61,438 nt of DNA from an uncultured Lachnospiraceae bacterium (GTDB lineage: Bacteria; Bacillota; Clostridia; Lachnospirales; Lachnospiraceae), in assembly GCA_944376945.1 (NCBI GenBank), contig CALWEC010000080.1, positions 1 to 61,438 on the forward strand, written 5' to 3'. Positions within the stretch are counted from its first letter, which is position 1. Every line of letters begins with the position of its first letter. Shown piece after piece: positions 43,216 to 53,729 of the stretch. The position numbers and the translations under genes are program-made. The notes under the pieces were generated by a model. That model was not told the DNA's origin. It worked only from the letters and a program-made list of their open reading frames with translations, and searched no databases.

Positions 43216-44299
43216 ACTCCGGGAACAGATCCGCCACCACCTGGCGGACGGTTTCCATCTCCCGGGAACGCCAGGCGTTGGCCCCGCAGAAAATCAGCGC
43301 GTCCTCCCGCTCCCCGGACGCCGCCTGCACCAGGGCGTCCGTAATGCAGTAGGGGATCGCCTCCGGCCGGCACCGCTCCAGGCACTGGTGGCAGCGCCGG
43401 GGCCTGGGATGCGCCTCCTGCCGGAGGAAGCGGTTGGCAATGGCCCGCCCCGGCATCCCCACCGGGCTCTGAGTAATCACAATATCCTCCTTCTTGGCCT
43501 GCAAGTAGGCGTCCTTAAAGGCCTGAGGCGCGTCGCACTCCCAGGTCGTCACAAAGCGGGTGGCCACCTGCACCGCGTCCGCCCCCAGCTGGTCCAGGGC
43601 CCAGGCCACGTCCTCCCGGCCGTAGATGCCGCCGGCCACCGCCACCGGGATTTCTTTCTGCCGCCGGTCCCCGTACGCCTTGACCGTATCCAAAATCCGG
43701 CGGATTTCCTGGCCGTATTCCTCCCGTGTCAGGGATTCCGCTTCCTCCCGGGTAAAGCCCAGATGGCCGCCAGCCTCCGGCCCTTCCACCACCACCAGGT
43801 CCGGGAGCCTTTGATAGCGCCGCTCCCAGAGCCGGCAGATTAGCTCCGCCGCCTTCTGGGAGGACACAATGGGAGCCAGCAGGACCGGGAACCCCTGGGT
43901 GTATTTGGGCAGATCCACCGGAAGCCCGGCCCCGGACACAATCAGATCCGCCCCCGCCATGGCCGCGGCCCGGGCATACTCGCCGTAGCGCCGGGTGGCC
44001 ACCATAATATTAAAGCCTACCATGCCCCCTTGGGCTGTCTCCCGGGCCTTCCGCAGCTCCGCCTCCAGGGCGCGCAGGTTGGCGCCGATGGGATCCGTGT
44101 CAAAATCCGGCTCCCGCCAGCCAATCTGGGCGGTGGAAATCAGGCCTACGCCGCCCTCCCGGGCCACAGCTCCCGCCAGCCCGGAAAGGCTGATGCCCAC
44201 TCCCATGCCCCCTTGGATCAGCGGAACCCGCAGCGGCCGCCCTCCCAGGACCAGGGGACGCCTCTCCTTGGCTCCTCTCGCACAGGCTTTTTCTTCCAT
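43214..44299 (-). CDS. Nitronate monooxygenase/FabK-like flavoprotein
   Basis: PLIQGGMGVG, SGAGLP, EGPEAGGHLG, ATRF, SPVGMPGR, Cys cluster CHQCLERC..YCI. Confidence 0.88.
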   Translation of the reverse strand: MEEKACARGAKERRPLVLGGRPLRVPLIQGGMGVGISLSGLAGAVAREGGVGLISTAQIGWREPDFDTDPIGANLRALEAELRKARETAQGGMVGFNIMVATRRYGEYARAAAMAGADLIVSGAGLPVDLPKYTQGFPVLLAPIVSSQKAAELICRLWERRYQRLPDLVVVEGPEAGGHLGFTREEAESLTREEYGQEIRRILDTVKAYGDRRQKEIPVAVAGGIYGREDVAWALDQLGADAVQVATRFVTTWECDAPQAFKDAYLQAKKEDIVITQSPVGMPGRAIANRFLRQEAHPRPRRCHQCLERCRPEAIPYCITDALVQAASGEREDALIFCGANAWRSREMETVRQVVADLFPE

Positions 44300-44314
44300 T
44301 CCGTCCCTCCCGGC

Positions 44315-46102
44315 CTACATGGCCCGGAACCGCCGGTACCGGCGTTCCGTCAATTCCTCCCCGGAAAGCTCCCCATATTCCGCCAGGAATTCCCGGATCT
44401 CCCGCCGCAGCCTCCGGCAGAGGGATTCCCGGCTGGCCTCGCAGGCAGGGATTTCCTCCGGCAGGATTTTCTCAATCAGCCCCAGCTCCCGCAGGTCGCA
44501 GGCCCGCAGCTTCATTACCGCTGCCGCCTCCCGGGCCCGGCTGCTGTCCTTCCAAAGGATGGAGGCGAAACCTTCCGGGGAAAGGACCGAATAGACGGCG
44601 TTTTCCAGCATCCACACCTGGTCCGCCACCGCCAGGGCCAAGGCCCCGCCGCTTCCCCCTTCCCCGATGACAATGGAAAGCACCGGGGTTTTCAGACCGG
44701 CCAGGGCCGCCAGGTTCTCCGCGATGGCCTGCCCCTGTCCCCGTTCCTCCGCCTCCACGCCGCAGAACGCGCCAGGGGTATCCACCAGGCAGATAACCGG
44801 CCGGTGGAACTTTTCCGCCTGGCGCATCAGCCGCAGCGCCTTCCGGTAGCCCTCCGGGGAGGGCATGCCGAAATTCCGCTTTAGGTTTTCCTTCAGGTTC
44901 CGGCCCTTCTGCTGGCCGATCACCGTCACCGGCATCCCGTCCAGGAACGCCAGGCCGCCGATTACCGCCCCGTCGTCCCCAAAGCAGCGGTCCCCGTGCA
45001 GCTCCTCGAAATCCGTAAAAACTCCCTGGATATAGTCCAGGGCCGTCAGCCGGTCCGCCCGGCGGGAGCGCTCCACCGCCTCCCAGGGGGACGGCGGATT
45101 CCGCCGCGCCCCGGAAACAGGCAGCTGGTTCCGGGCCGCTTCCGGTCCGTGCCAGGACGCTTCCGGCTCCTTCCGGGCCGCCGCTTCCCACCGGCTTCCG
45201 GACGCCCCCTGGGGCTCCGCCGGGCCGCCGGTCCGGTGGAAGCGCAGCAGCCTGCCCAAGGTTTCCCGCAGCCGGGGCCGCTCCACAATCGCGTCCAGGA
45301 AGCCGTGCTCCAGCAAAAACTCTGAGCGCTGGAAGCCCTCCGGCAGCTTCTGGCGGAGGGTCTGCTCTATGACCCGGGGGCCGGCAAAGCCGATCAGCGC
45401 GCCGGGTTCCGCCAGGATGATGTCCCCCAGCATGGCAAAGCTGGCGGTCACCCCGCCGGTGGTCGGATCGGTGAGCACGCTGATGTACAAAAGCCCCGCC
45501 TCGCTGTGGCGCTTTAGGGCCGCCGCCGTTTTGGCCATCTGCATCAGGGAGACCAGCCCTTCCTGCATCCGGGCGCCGCCGGAGCAGCAGAACAGGATCA
45601 GCGGCAGCCGCTCCCGGGTGGCCCGCTCCGCCGCCTGGGTAATCCGCTCTCCCACCACCGAACCCATGCTTCACATCAGGAAACGGGCGTCGCAGACGCC
45701 TACCGCCGTTTCCTGGCCTAAAATCCGGATCTTCCCGGTCAGCACCGCCTCCGTAAGGCCGGTTTTTTCCCGGTTTTCCGCCAGCTTTTGCTCATACCCA
45801 GGAAATCCCAGCGGGTTTTTCTCCTCCGCCGGGCCGTCCCAGGACTGGAAGCTGCCCGGATCCGCCACCATCCGCAGGCGCTGGTAAGCCTTCAAGCGGA
45901 AATAGCCGTGGCATTTGGGGCAGATATAAAAATTGGCCCGCACCTCCTCCCGGTACACGGCGCTGCCGCAATGGCCGCACTTGGCCCAGAGCGAACGGAA
46001 CAGCCGGGTTTCCTGGCTGTCCTCCCGGCGGCCGCCGGATTCCCGCCGCGGCTTCCCCGGCCCGCCGGGGTTCGGCGCTTTTCTCCACAAATCCTTTAAC
46101 AT
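44315..46102 (-). pseudogene. accDA: Fused acetyl-CoA carboxylase carboxyltransferase beta-alpha, interrupted by in-frame TGA at 45671-45673
   Basis: Zn finger [39 protein letters not shown], then AccA motifs PEGYRKA, DTPGA, EGGSGGA, all in one frame. Confidence 0.85.
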
Positions 46103-47463
46103 ACGCTACCTCCTGCTTCCGGCAGGCTCCCATCGTCCGAGACAAAGAAGGTATCCTGCCTGCCCTCCTGGAACACGGGATGGCGGAGCACCTGCAGCAG
46201 GTACTCCTGGTTGGTCTCCACCCCTTCGATGACCAACTCCTCCAGGCACCGCTCCATTTTGCGGATTGCCTCCTGCCGGTTGGCCCCGTGGACAATCAGC
46301 TTGGCAATCATGGAATCGTACTGGGGCGGGATCCGGCTGCCGTTGTACAGGGCCGTGTCCACCCGCACCCCGTTGCCCCCGGGCAGGTGGCTGTCCGAGA
46401 TAACGCCAGGGCAGGGCCGGAAGCCCCGCTCCGGGTCTTCCGCGTTGATCCGGCACTCCAGGGCGTGGCCCCGCAGCGCCACCTCCTCCTGCCGGAAGGA
46501 AAGGGGCTCCCCGGCGGCAATCCGCAGCTGCTCCTTCACCAAATCCACCCCGGTGACCATTTCCGTCACCGGATGCTCCACCTGGATGCGGGTGTTCATT
46601 TCCATAAAGAAAAACTCCCCCTCCGGGGTCAGCAGGAATTCCACCGTACCGGCGTTCTCATACCCAGCGGCCCGGGCCGCCTGCACCGCCGCCTCCCCCA
46701 TAGCCTTCCGCAGGGAATCGGAGAGGGCCGGGCTGGGGGATTCCTCCAGCATTTTCTGGTGGCGGCGCTGCACGGAGCAGTCCCGCTCCCCCAGGTGCGC
46801 CACATGGCCGTGGGAATCCGCCAGAATCTGGAATTCAATGTGGCGGGGCCGCTGGATGTACCGCTCCAGGTACATGGTCCCGTCGGAAAAGCTTTTCTCC
46901 GCCTCCCGCTGGGCGGTGCGGAACTGGGCCTCCAGCTCCTCCGGCCCCTCCGCGGTCCGCATGCCGCGGCCGCCGCCTCCTGCCGCCGCCTTGATCATCA
47001 CCGGGTAGCCGATGGCCTCCGCCACCGCCGCCGCTTCCTCCGCCGTGCGTACCGGCCCGTCCGAGCCGGGCACCACCGGCACCCCGGCCTCCTGCATGGT
47101 GCGCCGCGCCTGGGCCTTATCCCCCATCCGGGCAATCACCCGGCTGTCCGGGCCGATAAAACGGATACGGCACCGCTGGCACATCTCCGCGAATTTGCTA
47201 TTCTCGGAAAGGAAGCCGAAGCCGGGATGGATGGCGTCCGCCCCTACGGCCACCGCCGCGCTTAAAATCCGCTCCCGGTTCAGATAGCTTTCCGACGCCG
47301 GGGCTGGGCCGATGCAGATGGCCTCATCCGCCAGCAGGGTGTGCAGGGCCTCCCGGTCCGCCTCCGAATACACCGCCACCGTGGCAATCCCCATCTCCCG
47401 GCAGGCCTGGAGGATCCGCACCGCAATCTCTCCCCGGTTGGCAACCAAAACTTTCTGAAACAT
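46096..47463 (-). CDS. accC: Biotin carboxylase
   Basis: VANRGEIA, HPGFGFLSEN, GGGGRG, MEMNTRIQVEH, YDSMIAK. Confidence 0.96.
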   Translation of the reverse strand: MFQKVLVANRGEIAVRILQACREMGIATVAVYSEADREALHTLLADEAICIGPAPASESYLNRERILSAAVAVGADAIHPGFGFLSENSKFAEMCQRCRIRFIGPDSRVIARMGDKAQARRTMQEAGVPVVPGSDGPVRTAEEAAAVAEAIGYPVMIKAAAGGGGRGMRTAEGPEELEAQFRTAQREAEKSFSDGTMYLERYIQRPRHIEFQILADSHGHVAHLGERDCSVQRRHQKMLEESPSPALSDSLRKAMGEAAVQAARAAGYENAGTVEFLLTPEGEFFFMEMNTRIQVEHPVTEMVTGVDLVKEQLRIAAGEPLSFRQEEVALRGHALECRINAEDPERGFRPCPGVISDSHLPGGNGVRVDTALYNGSRIPPQYDSMIAKLIVHGANRQEAIRKMERCLEELVIEGVETNQEYLLQVLRHPVFQEGRQDTFFVSDDGSLPEAGGSVC

Positions 47464-47483
47464 AGCGCTTCCTTTCCTTCCCA

Positions 47484-47909
47484 CTACTGAATGATAAACG
47501 TCATCTCTCCGGACGCCGCCACCTGCCCGTTTACGGTGGCCTTCCCTTGGCCCACCCCCACCGGGCCTTTGACGCGGGTAATCTCGCATTCCAGCCGCAG
47601 GGTATCCCCCGGCACCACCTTCCGGCGGAACCGCACCTGGTTCAGGCCGCCAAAGAAGGCGGTTTTTCCCTTATTTTCCGGCACGCTGAGGATAATGGCT
47701 GCGCCCACCTGGGCCAGGGCCTCCACAATCAGCACCCCCGGCATCACCGGCTCCTGGGGAAAGTGCCCGGCAAAAAAGTCCTCCCGGTAGGTCACGCATT
47801 TGACGCCCACCGCCCGCTTTCCCGGCTCCAGCTCCTCCAGCTTATCCAGCAGGAGAAACGGATGCCGGTGAGGGATGATTTCCTGAATTTCCTTGACTCC
47901 CAGTTCCAT
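47484..47909 (-). CDS. fabZ: 3-hydroxyacyl-ACP dehydratase
   Basis: PHRHPFLL, GHFP, MPGVLIVEA. Confidence 0.96.
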   Translation of the reverse strand: MELGVKEIQEIIPHRHPFLLLDKLEELEPGKRAVGVKCVTYREDFFAGHFPQEPVMPGVLIVEALAQVGAAIILSVPENKGKTAFFGGLNQVRFRRKVVPGDTLRLECEITRVKGPVGVGQGKATVNGQVAASGEMTFIIQ

Positions 47910-47963
47910 TTCCCTTTCTCTCCCTTCCGCCGGGCCCGCCCGGCTCCGCCGCCGGTCCCCCGG

Positions 47964-48476
47964 TTACCGGATCCGGAACAGCGGCTGCCCGTACTCCACC
48001 ACCTGCTCGTTTTCCGCCAGCACCGCCGTTACCACGCCGTCCGTCTCGCACTCAATCTCGTTCATCAGCTTCATGGTTTCGATAATCCCCAGCACCTGGC
48101 CCTTCCGCACCGGGTCGCCTACCCGCACGAAAGGCTCCGCGTCCTCGCTGGGCGCGCAGTAGAAGGTCCCTACCAGCGGGGAAAACACCACCGTCTCCGA
48201 GGCGGCGCTTTCCGCCGCCGGGGCCGGGGAGGCCGCCGCGTTGGGCATGCCTGCCGGGGAAGCCGCCGCATTAGGCGCACCCGCCGGGGAAGCTGCTGTG
48301 TTGAGTGCTCCCGCCGGGGCCGGGTCTCCCGCCGCCGGGAAGGCGCCTTCCTCTCTCCCCCGGCCGCCTGCGTTCCGGCGCAGCACCAGCCGCAGGTTCC
48401 CTTCCTGGTAATCCAATTCGTCCAGGGAAGCCTGGGCCATGGCGTCCATCAGCTGAACCATCTGTCCGATTTCCAT
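47964..48476 (-). CDS. accB: Biotin carboxyl carrier protein
   Basis: SPLVGTFY, ETMKLMN; repeated AASPAG linker. Confidence 0.94.
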   Translation of the reverse strand: MEIGQMVQLMDAMAQASLDELDYQEGNLRLVLRRNAGGRGREEGAFPAAGDPAPAGALNTAASPAGAPNAAASPAGMPNAAASPAPAAESAASETVVFSPLVGTFYCAPSEDAEPFVRVGDPVRKGQVLGIIETMKLMNEIECETDGVVTAVLAENEQVVEYGQPLFRIR

Positions 48477-48493
48477 TTTCCGTCTCCTCCCTT

Positions 48494-49726
48494 TTACTCG
48501 GAATATTTCTTTACGCACAGGGTGGCGTTGTGCCCGCCAAAGCCCAGGGAATTGGTGAGGCAGCAGCGGATCTCCCCCTGGTATCCCTCCGGCAGGTAAT
48601 TCAGGCTGCACTCCGGGTCCGGCACCCGGTATCCCGCGGTGGGATGCAGCCGCCCCTCCTCCAGGGACTTGACACAGGCGATAAATTCCACGCCTCCGGC
48701 GGCTCCCAGCAGATGGCCCACCATGGACTTGGTGGAACTGATTTTCAGGTTTTCCGCCTGGGCCCCAAAGGCCAGGCGCACCGCCCGGGTCTCAAACAGG
48801 TCGTTGTGGTGGGTGCCGGTGCCGTGGGCGTTCAGGTAATCCACCTGCTCCGGCGCGACCCCCGCCTCCGCCATGGCCAGCTCCATGGCCTTGGCCGCCC
48901 CGGCTCCGTCCTCCGCCGGGGACGTAATGTGGTAGGCGTCGCTGGTCGCGCCGTAGCCGGCCACCTCCCCGTAAATCCGGGCCCCCCGGGCCAGCGCGTG
49001 CTCCCGCTCCTCCAGCACCACCACCCCGGCGCCTTCGCCCATGACAAAGCCGCTTCGCTCCAAATCAAAGGGGAGGGAGGCCCGCAGCGGGTCCGTGCTC
49101 TCCGAAAGGGCGGTCAGGGCCGTAAAACCGGCAATGCCCAGAGGCGTCACCGAGCTTTCCGCCCCGCCGGCCAGCATCACGTCCGCCTCCCCGTGCTGGA
49201 TGCTCCGGAAGGCCTCGCCGATGGAATGGGTCCCGGTGGCGCAGGCCGTCACCACATTGATGCTTTTGCCCCGGCAGCCAAACTGGATGCTTACGTTCCC
49301 CGCCGCCATGTTGCTGATCATCAGGGGCACCAACAGCGGGTTGACCTTCCGGGGGCCGCCGGCCAAAAGCCGCGCGTGCTCCCGCTCCATGGCCTGGAGG
49401 CTGCCGATGCCGGAACCAATGCTGACGCCCACCCGGTACGGGTCCTCCCGCTCCATCCGCAGGCCCGCGTCCTCCCACGCCTGCCGGGCCGCCGCCACCG
49501 CCAGCTGGCAGAAGGGCTCCATGCGCCGGGCCGCTTTCTTATCCATAAAGTCCCCTGGCTCAAAGCCTTTGACCTCCGCCGCCAGCTTGACCTTGTAATC
49601 GGTGGTGTCAAACCGGGTAATCTCCCCGATTCCCACCTGGCCCGCCTTGGCCGCGTTCCAGAATTCCTCTACACTGTTGCCGATGGGGGTGATGGCCCCC
49701 AAGCCCGTTACAACCACTCGTCTCAT
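48494..49726 (-). CDS. fabF: Beta-ketoacyl-ACP synthase II
   Basis: RVVVTGLG, TACATG, NAHGTGT, KSMVGH, NSLGFGGHN. Confidence 0.96.
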   Translation of the reverse strand: MRRVVVTGLGAITPIGNSVEEFWNAAKAGQVGIGEITRFDTTDYKVKLAAEVKGFEPGDFMDKKAARRMEPFCQLAVAAARQAWEDAGLRMEREDPYRVGVSIGSGIGSLQAMEREHARLLAGGPRKVNPLLVPLMISNMAAGNVSIQFGCRGKSINVVTACATGTHSIGEAFRSIQHGEADVMLAGGAESSVTPLGIAGFTALTALSESTDPLRASLPFDLERSGFVMGEGAGVVVLEEREHALARGARIYGEVAGYGATSDAYHITSPAEDGAGAAKAMELAMAEAGVAPEQVDYLNAHGTGTHHNDLFETRAVRLAFGAQAENLKISSTKSMVGHLLGAAGGVEFIACVKSLEEGRLHPTAGYRVPDPECSLNYLPEGYQGEIRCCLTNSLGFGGHNATLCVKKYSE

Positions 49727-49803
49727 TTTGCTCCGTTCCCTCCGCCGCTGTATTTTTTCCGCCTCCGCCGCTGTATTTTTCCCCGCCATCTGCAGGCGGG
49801 GCG

Positions 49804-50544
49804 CTACATGGCCATGCCGCCGTCTACGCACAGCACCTGGCCGGTGATATAGCCGGCCCGCTCCGAGGCCAGGAAGACCACCGCCGCCGCCACGTCCTCC
49901 GGCTGGCCAAAGGCCCCCAGGGGGATCTGCCCCTGGACCGCCTCCCGGGCCTGGGCCGGCAGGCTGGCCGTCATATCCGTCTCGATAAAGCCCGGCGCCA
50001 CCGCGTTGACCGTAATCCCCCGGGACGCCAGCTCCCGGGCCATGGACTTGGTCAGGCCGATCAGCCCTGCCTTGGAGGCGCTGTAGTTGGCCTGGCCGGC
50101 GTTTCCCAGAATCCCGGAAACCGAAGAAATCTGGAGGATCCGGCCGCTCCGCTGCTTTAACATGATTTTGGCCGCCCAGCGGCTGCACAGGAACGCCCCC
50201 TTCAGGTTGGCGTCCAGCACCGCATCCCAGTCCTCCTCGCCCATGCGCATCAGCAGGCCGTCCCGGGTGACCCCTGCGTTGTTGACCAGGATGTCCAGCC
50301 GGCCGTACCGCTCCTTGACATGGGCAAACAGGGCCTCCACCGCGGAGGCGTCCGCCACATCGCAGGCGTATACCTCCGCCGTGCCGCCCTCCGCCTGGAT
50401 TTCCGCCGCCAAGGCCTCCGCCTGGCCGGTGGAGCGGTGGCAGTGGATGACCACGCCTACGCCCTCTGCCGCCAGGGCCCTTACAATGGCCCTTCCAATT
50501 CCTTTCGCGCCGCCGGTTACCACGGCAATCCGCTGTCCTGTCAT
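49804..50544 (-). CDS. fabG: 3-oxoacyl-ACP reductase
   Basis: TGGAKGIG, NNAG, YSASK, VDGG. Confidence 0.95.
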   Translation of the reverse strand: MTGQRIAVVTGGAKGIGRAIVRALAAEGVGVVIHCHRSTGQAEALAAEIQAEGGTAEVYACDVADASAVEALFAHVKERYGRLDILVNNAGVTRDGLLMRMGEEDWDAVLDANLKGAFLCSRWAAKIMLKQRSGRILQISSVSGILGNAGQANYSASKAGLIGLTKSMARELASRGITVNAVAPGFIETDMTASLPAQAREAVQGQIPLGAFGQPEDVAAAVVFLASERAGYITGQVLCVDGGMAM

Positions 50545-50568
50545 CTTTCTCCCGCCTTTCCTCCGGCC

Positions 50569-51480
50569 TTAGACCGGCAGCTGCTCCAGCTGTTCCCAGG
50601 TTTCCACCGAATACACGGCGGCCTCCCGGGAAATTTTCCGCATAAACCCGGCCAGGGTACGGCCGGGGCCGATTTCCACAAAGGTATCAAAGCCGTCTGC
50701 CAGCAGGCGCTCCATGCTCTGCTGCCAGCGGACGCTGCTGCTTACCTGCCGCCGCAGCAGTTCCTTCACCGGCGCCGCCTCCGTCACATAGTCTGCCGTC
50801 ACATTGGTCACATAGGGCATCCGCGGTTCCGCCAGGGCCACCGGCTCCAGCACCTTCCCCAGCTTCCGGCCGGCTTCCTCCAATAGGTAGGAATGGAAGG
50901 GGCCGCTGACGTTCAGCGGCAGCACCCGCTTGGCCCCTGCCTCCCGCAGGGCCTGGGAAGCCTGGGCCACCGCCTCCGCCAGGCCGGAGATGACCACCTG
51001 GCCGGGGCAGTTGTAGTTGGCTACCTGCACCCCCTCCAGAGGGGCCACCACCGCCTCCGCCTGCTCCGGGGAAAGGCCCAGCACCGCCGCCATGCCTCCC
51101 TGCCCAGCCGGGACCGCCTCCTGCATCAGGATGCCCCGCTGGCGCACCACCGGCGCCGCGTCCGCAAACGCCATGACGCCGCAGGCCACCAGGGCGCTGT
51201 ACTCCCCCAGGCTAAGGCCTGCCGCGGCCTGGGCCTTGAAGCCCCGGGCCGCCAGTTCCCGGCCGATGGCCACGGAAACGGTCAGAAGCGCCGCCTGGGT
51301 ATACTCCGTCAAATCCAGCCGTTGGTTGGGGGTAAAGCACAGCTCCTCCATGGAAAAGCCCAGTAGGCGGCTGGCCTCCTCAAAGGTTTCCCGGGCCAGG
51401 GCCGAGTGCTCCCACACATCCTGGCCCATGCCGGTTTTCTGGCTTCCCTGCCCGGGAAACAGCAGCGCTATTTTTCCCAT
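50569..51480 (-). CDS. fabD: Malonyl-CoA:ACP transacylase
   Basis: FPGQGSQ, GLSLGEY, VSGPFHS, EIGPG. Confidence 0.96.
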   Translation of the reverse strand: MGKIALLFPGQGSQKTGMGQDVWEHSALARETFEEASRLLGFSMEELCFTPNQRLDLTEYTQAALLTVSVAIGRELAARGFKAQAAAGLSLGEYSALVACGVMAFADAAPVVRQRGILMQEAVPAGQGGMAAVLGLSPEQAEAVVAPLEGVQVANYNCPGQVVISGLAEAVAQASQALREAGAKRVLPLNVSGPFHSYLLEEAGRKLGKVLEPVALAEPRMPYVTNVTADYVTEAAPVKELLRRQVSSSVRWQQSMERLLADGFDTFVEIGPGRTLAGFMRKISREAAVYSVETWEQLEQLPV

Positions 51481-52409
51481 GGCATCCCTCCTGCCAGCAG
51501 CGCTTCCGTTTCCTGTACCAGCTCCTCCACAATCTCCCGGCAGGACTGGCGCTTGTGAAGCAGGCCCGCAATCTGCCCGGCCATCAGGCTTCCCGTCTGC
51601 ACGTCCCCGTCCTGCACCGCCCGGCGCAGGGCCCCCAGGGTCAGGGTTTCCAGCTCCTCAAAGGAGGCCCCGTCCTTCTCCCGCCGCAGGTACTCCCGGG
51701 TGTTGGGGTTCCGCAGCATCCGGATCGGGTGGCCGTGGCTGCGGCCGATGACCACGCTGTCAATATCCTTGGATTCCAGGATACGGTTCTTATAATTTTC
51801 ATGGACCTGGGATTCCCGGGCCGTCACAAAGCGGGTGCCTACCTGGACGCCTTCCGCCCCCAGCAGGAACATGGCCGCCATCCCCCGGCCGTCTCCCACG
51901 CCGCCTGCGCCGATGACCGGTATCTCCACCGCGTCCGCCACCTGGGGCAGCAGCGCCATGGTGGTCAGCTCGCCGATATGGCCGCCGGCTTCGCAGCCCT
52001 CCGCCACCACCGCGTCCGCGCCGCACCGTTCCATGCGCCGGGCCAGAGCCACGGAGGCCACCACCGGGATCACCTTCACCCCCGCTTCCTTCCAAAGCTT
52101 CATATAGGGCTCCGGATTCCCGGCCCCGGTGGTCACCGCCGGCACCCGCTCTTCCGCCGCCACCTGGGCCACCTCCCCGGCGTAGCGGCTCAAAAGCATA
52201 ATGTTGACGCCAAAGGGCCGGTCGGTTTTCTCCCGCAGCCGGTGGATTTCCTGCCGCACCGCCTCCCCGGTGGAGTTGCCCGCGGCCAAAATCCCCAGGC
52301 CTCCGGCCTCCGAAACCGCCGCCGCCAGGTGATGCTCCGCCACCCAGGCCATGCCGCCCTGGAGAATGGGGTACCGGATCCCCAGGAGCTCCGTTACTCT
52401 TGTCCTCAT
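51468..52409 (-). CDS. fabK: Enoyl-ACP reductase II
   Basis: PILQGGMAW, TTGAGNP, EAGGHIG, MAGQ. Confidence 0.94.
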   Translation of the reverse strand: MRTRVTELLGIRYPILQGGMAWVAEHHLAAAVSEAGGLGILAAGNSTGEAVRQEIHRLREKTDRPFGVNIMLLSRYAGEVAQVAAEERVPAVTTGAGNPEPYMKLWKEAGVKVIPVVASVALARRMERCGADAVVAEGCEAGGHIGELTTMALLPQVADAVEIPVIGAGGVGDGRGMAAMFLLGAEGVQVGTRFVTARESQVHENYKNRILESKDIDSVVIGRSHGHPIRMLRNPNTREYLRREKDGASFEELETLTLGALRRAVQDGDVQTGSLMAGQIAGLLHKRQSCREIVEELVQETEALLAGGMPWEK

Positions 52410-52436
52410 GCTTTTCTTCCTTCCTGTCTCCTGCCC

Positions 52437-52670
52437 TTACTCCGTGATGCCCTTGGCCTCCAGGTAGCTGGCCACATCCTGTACCGTTACCATCTTCTCC
52501 AGATCTTCGCTGGGAATCTCCAGGCCGTACTCGTCCTCCAGGTTGGTCACCATCTCAAACAGGTCCAGGGAATCCGCCTCCAGATCCTCCTTCAGGCTTT
52601 TCTCCGGCGTAACCTTTTCTACCTCCACGCCCAGCTGCTCCGCGATCATCTTTCTGATTTTCTCCAACAT
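52437..52670 (-). CDS. acpP: Acyl carrier protein
   Basis: DLEADSLD, acidic 77 aa. Confidence 0.95.
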   Translation of the reverse strand: MLEKIRKMIAEQLGVEVEKVTPEKSLKEDLEADSLDLFEMVTNLEDEYGLEIPSEDLEKMVTVQDVASYLEAKGITE

Positions 52671-52724
52671 TTTGGTTTTCTCCTTTTCTTTTCCTTTTTT
52701 ATAGGCATCCGGCTTGCGCCGGAA

Positions 52725-53702
52725 TTACCATTCCAAAACCACCGAGCCCCAGCTGAGCCCGGCGCCAAAGCCGGCCAGCGCCAGCCGGTCCCCCCGGCGC
52801 AGCTTCCCGGCCCGGTTCAGCTGATCCAGCAAAACCGGCAGGCTGGCCGCCGCCGTGTTCCCGGTCTGCCCAATGTTCACCGGCACCTTTTCCATGGGGA
52901 TCCCCAGGCTCCGGGCCGCCGCCGTCAGGATCCGCCGGTTGGCCTGGTGGAACAGGAACCAGGAAATGTCCGCCTCCGTCAGGGAGGCTTTCTCCAGGGC
53001 CCGCCGCACCGTCCCCGGCACGGTGCGCACCGCGAACTGGAAGATGGCCCGGCCATCCATGCGCAGGACGCTGGGCTCTCCATCCCGGCCCGCTTCCTGG
53101 CCTTGGGATACCGCCGGGTTTCGCAGCGGCACCCCCGGGCAGGTCAGGGCGGAGCCCCGGCTGCCATCGCAGCCCAGATCCACGCTGAGGATCCCGGTTT
53201 CATCCGCCTGCACCACCGCGGCCCCCGCCCCGTCCCCAAAGAGGATGCAGGTGCTCCGATCCGTCCAGTCCACAATCCGGGAAAGGGTTTCCGCCCCTAC
53301 CACCAGGGCCGTCCGGGCCATGCCCGCCGCCAGGTACGCCTGGGCCGTGGCCAGGGCGTACAGGAACCCGGAGCAGGCCGCCCCCACGTCCAGGCAGACG
53401 GCCTGGGAGGCCCCTAGGGCCTCCTGCACCCGGCAGGCCGTGCTGGGGCAGAACTCATCCGGCGTCATGGTCCCCACCAGGATCAGATCCAGCTGGGCCG
53501 CCTCCAGCCCGGCGTCCGCCAAGGCCGCTTCCGCCGCCCGGGACGCCAGCCAGGCCGTTCCCCGGCGGGACAGCCTCCGCTCCTCAATTCCGGTGCGCTC
53601 CCGGATCCAGGCGTCGCTGGTGTCTACCAGGCCCGCCAAATCCTCGTTGGTCAGCCGATGCTCCGGCAGGCAGCTGCCGGTTCCCAGGATTCTCGCTTTC
53701 AT
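52725..53702 (-). CDS. fabH: Beta-ketoacyl-ACP synthase III
   Basis: AACSGF, LFGDGAGA, HQAN, GNT, GFGAGL. Confidence 0.95.
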   Translation of the reverse strand: MKARILGTGSCLPEHRLTNEDLAGLVDTSDAWIRERTGIEERRLSRRGTAWLASRAAEAALADAGLEAAQLDLILVGTMTPDEFCPSTACRVQEALGASQAVCLDVGAACSGFLYALATAQAYLAAGMARTALVVGAETLSRIVDWTDRSTCILFGDGAGAAVVQADETGILSVDLGCDGSRGSALTCPGVPLRNPAVSQGQEAGRDGEPSVLRMDGRAIFQFAVRTVPGTVRRALEKASLTEADISWFLFHQANRRILTAAARSLGIPMEKVPVNIGQTGNTAAASLPVLLDQLNRAGKLRRGDRLALAGFGAGLSWGSVVLEW

Positions 53703-53729
53703 TCCCTGCCCCCGTCTGTTTCTTTTGGA

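Noticed and set aside
32546-45673. Genome-wide stop-codon reassignment explaining the internal TAG and TGA
   Set aside because: TGA ends cbiN, cbiQ, cbiO and others, and TAG ends degV, lysR and others, at the expected positions
45640-45673. Selenocysteine at the accDA TGA
   Set aside because: The position aligns with Gly/Ala rather than Cys, and only a weak stem follows, so there is no convincing SECIS
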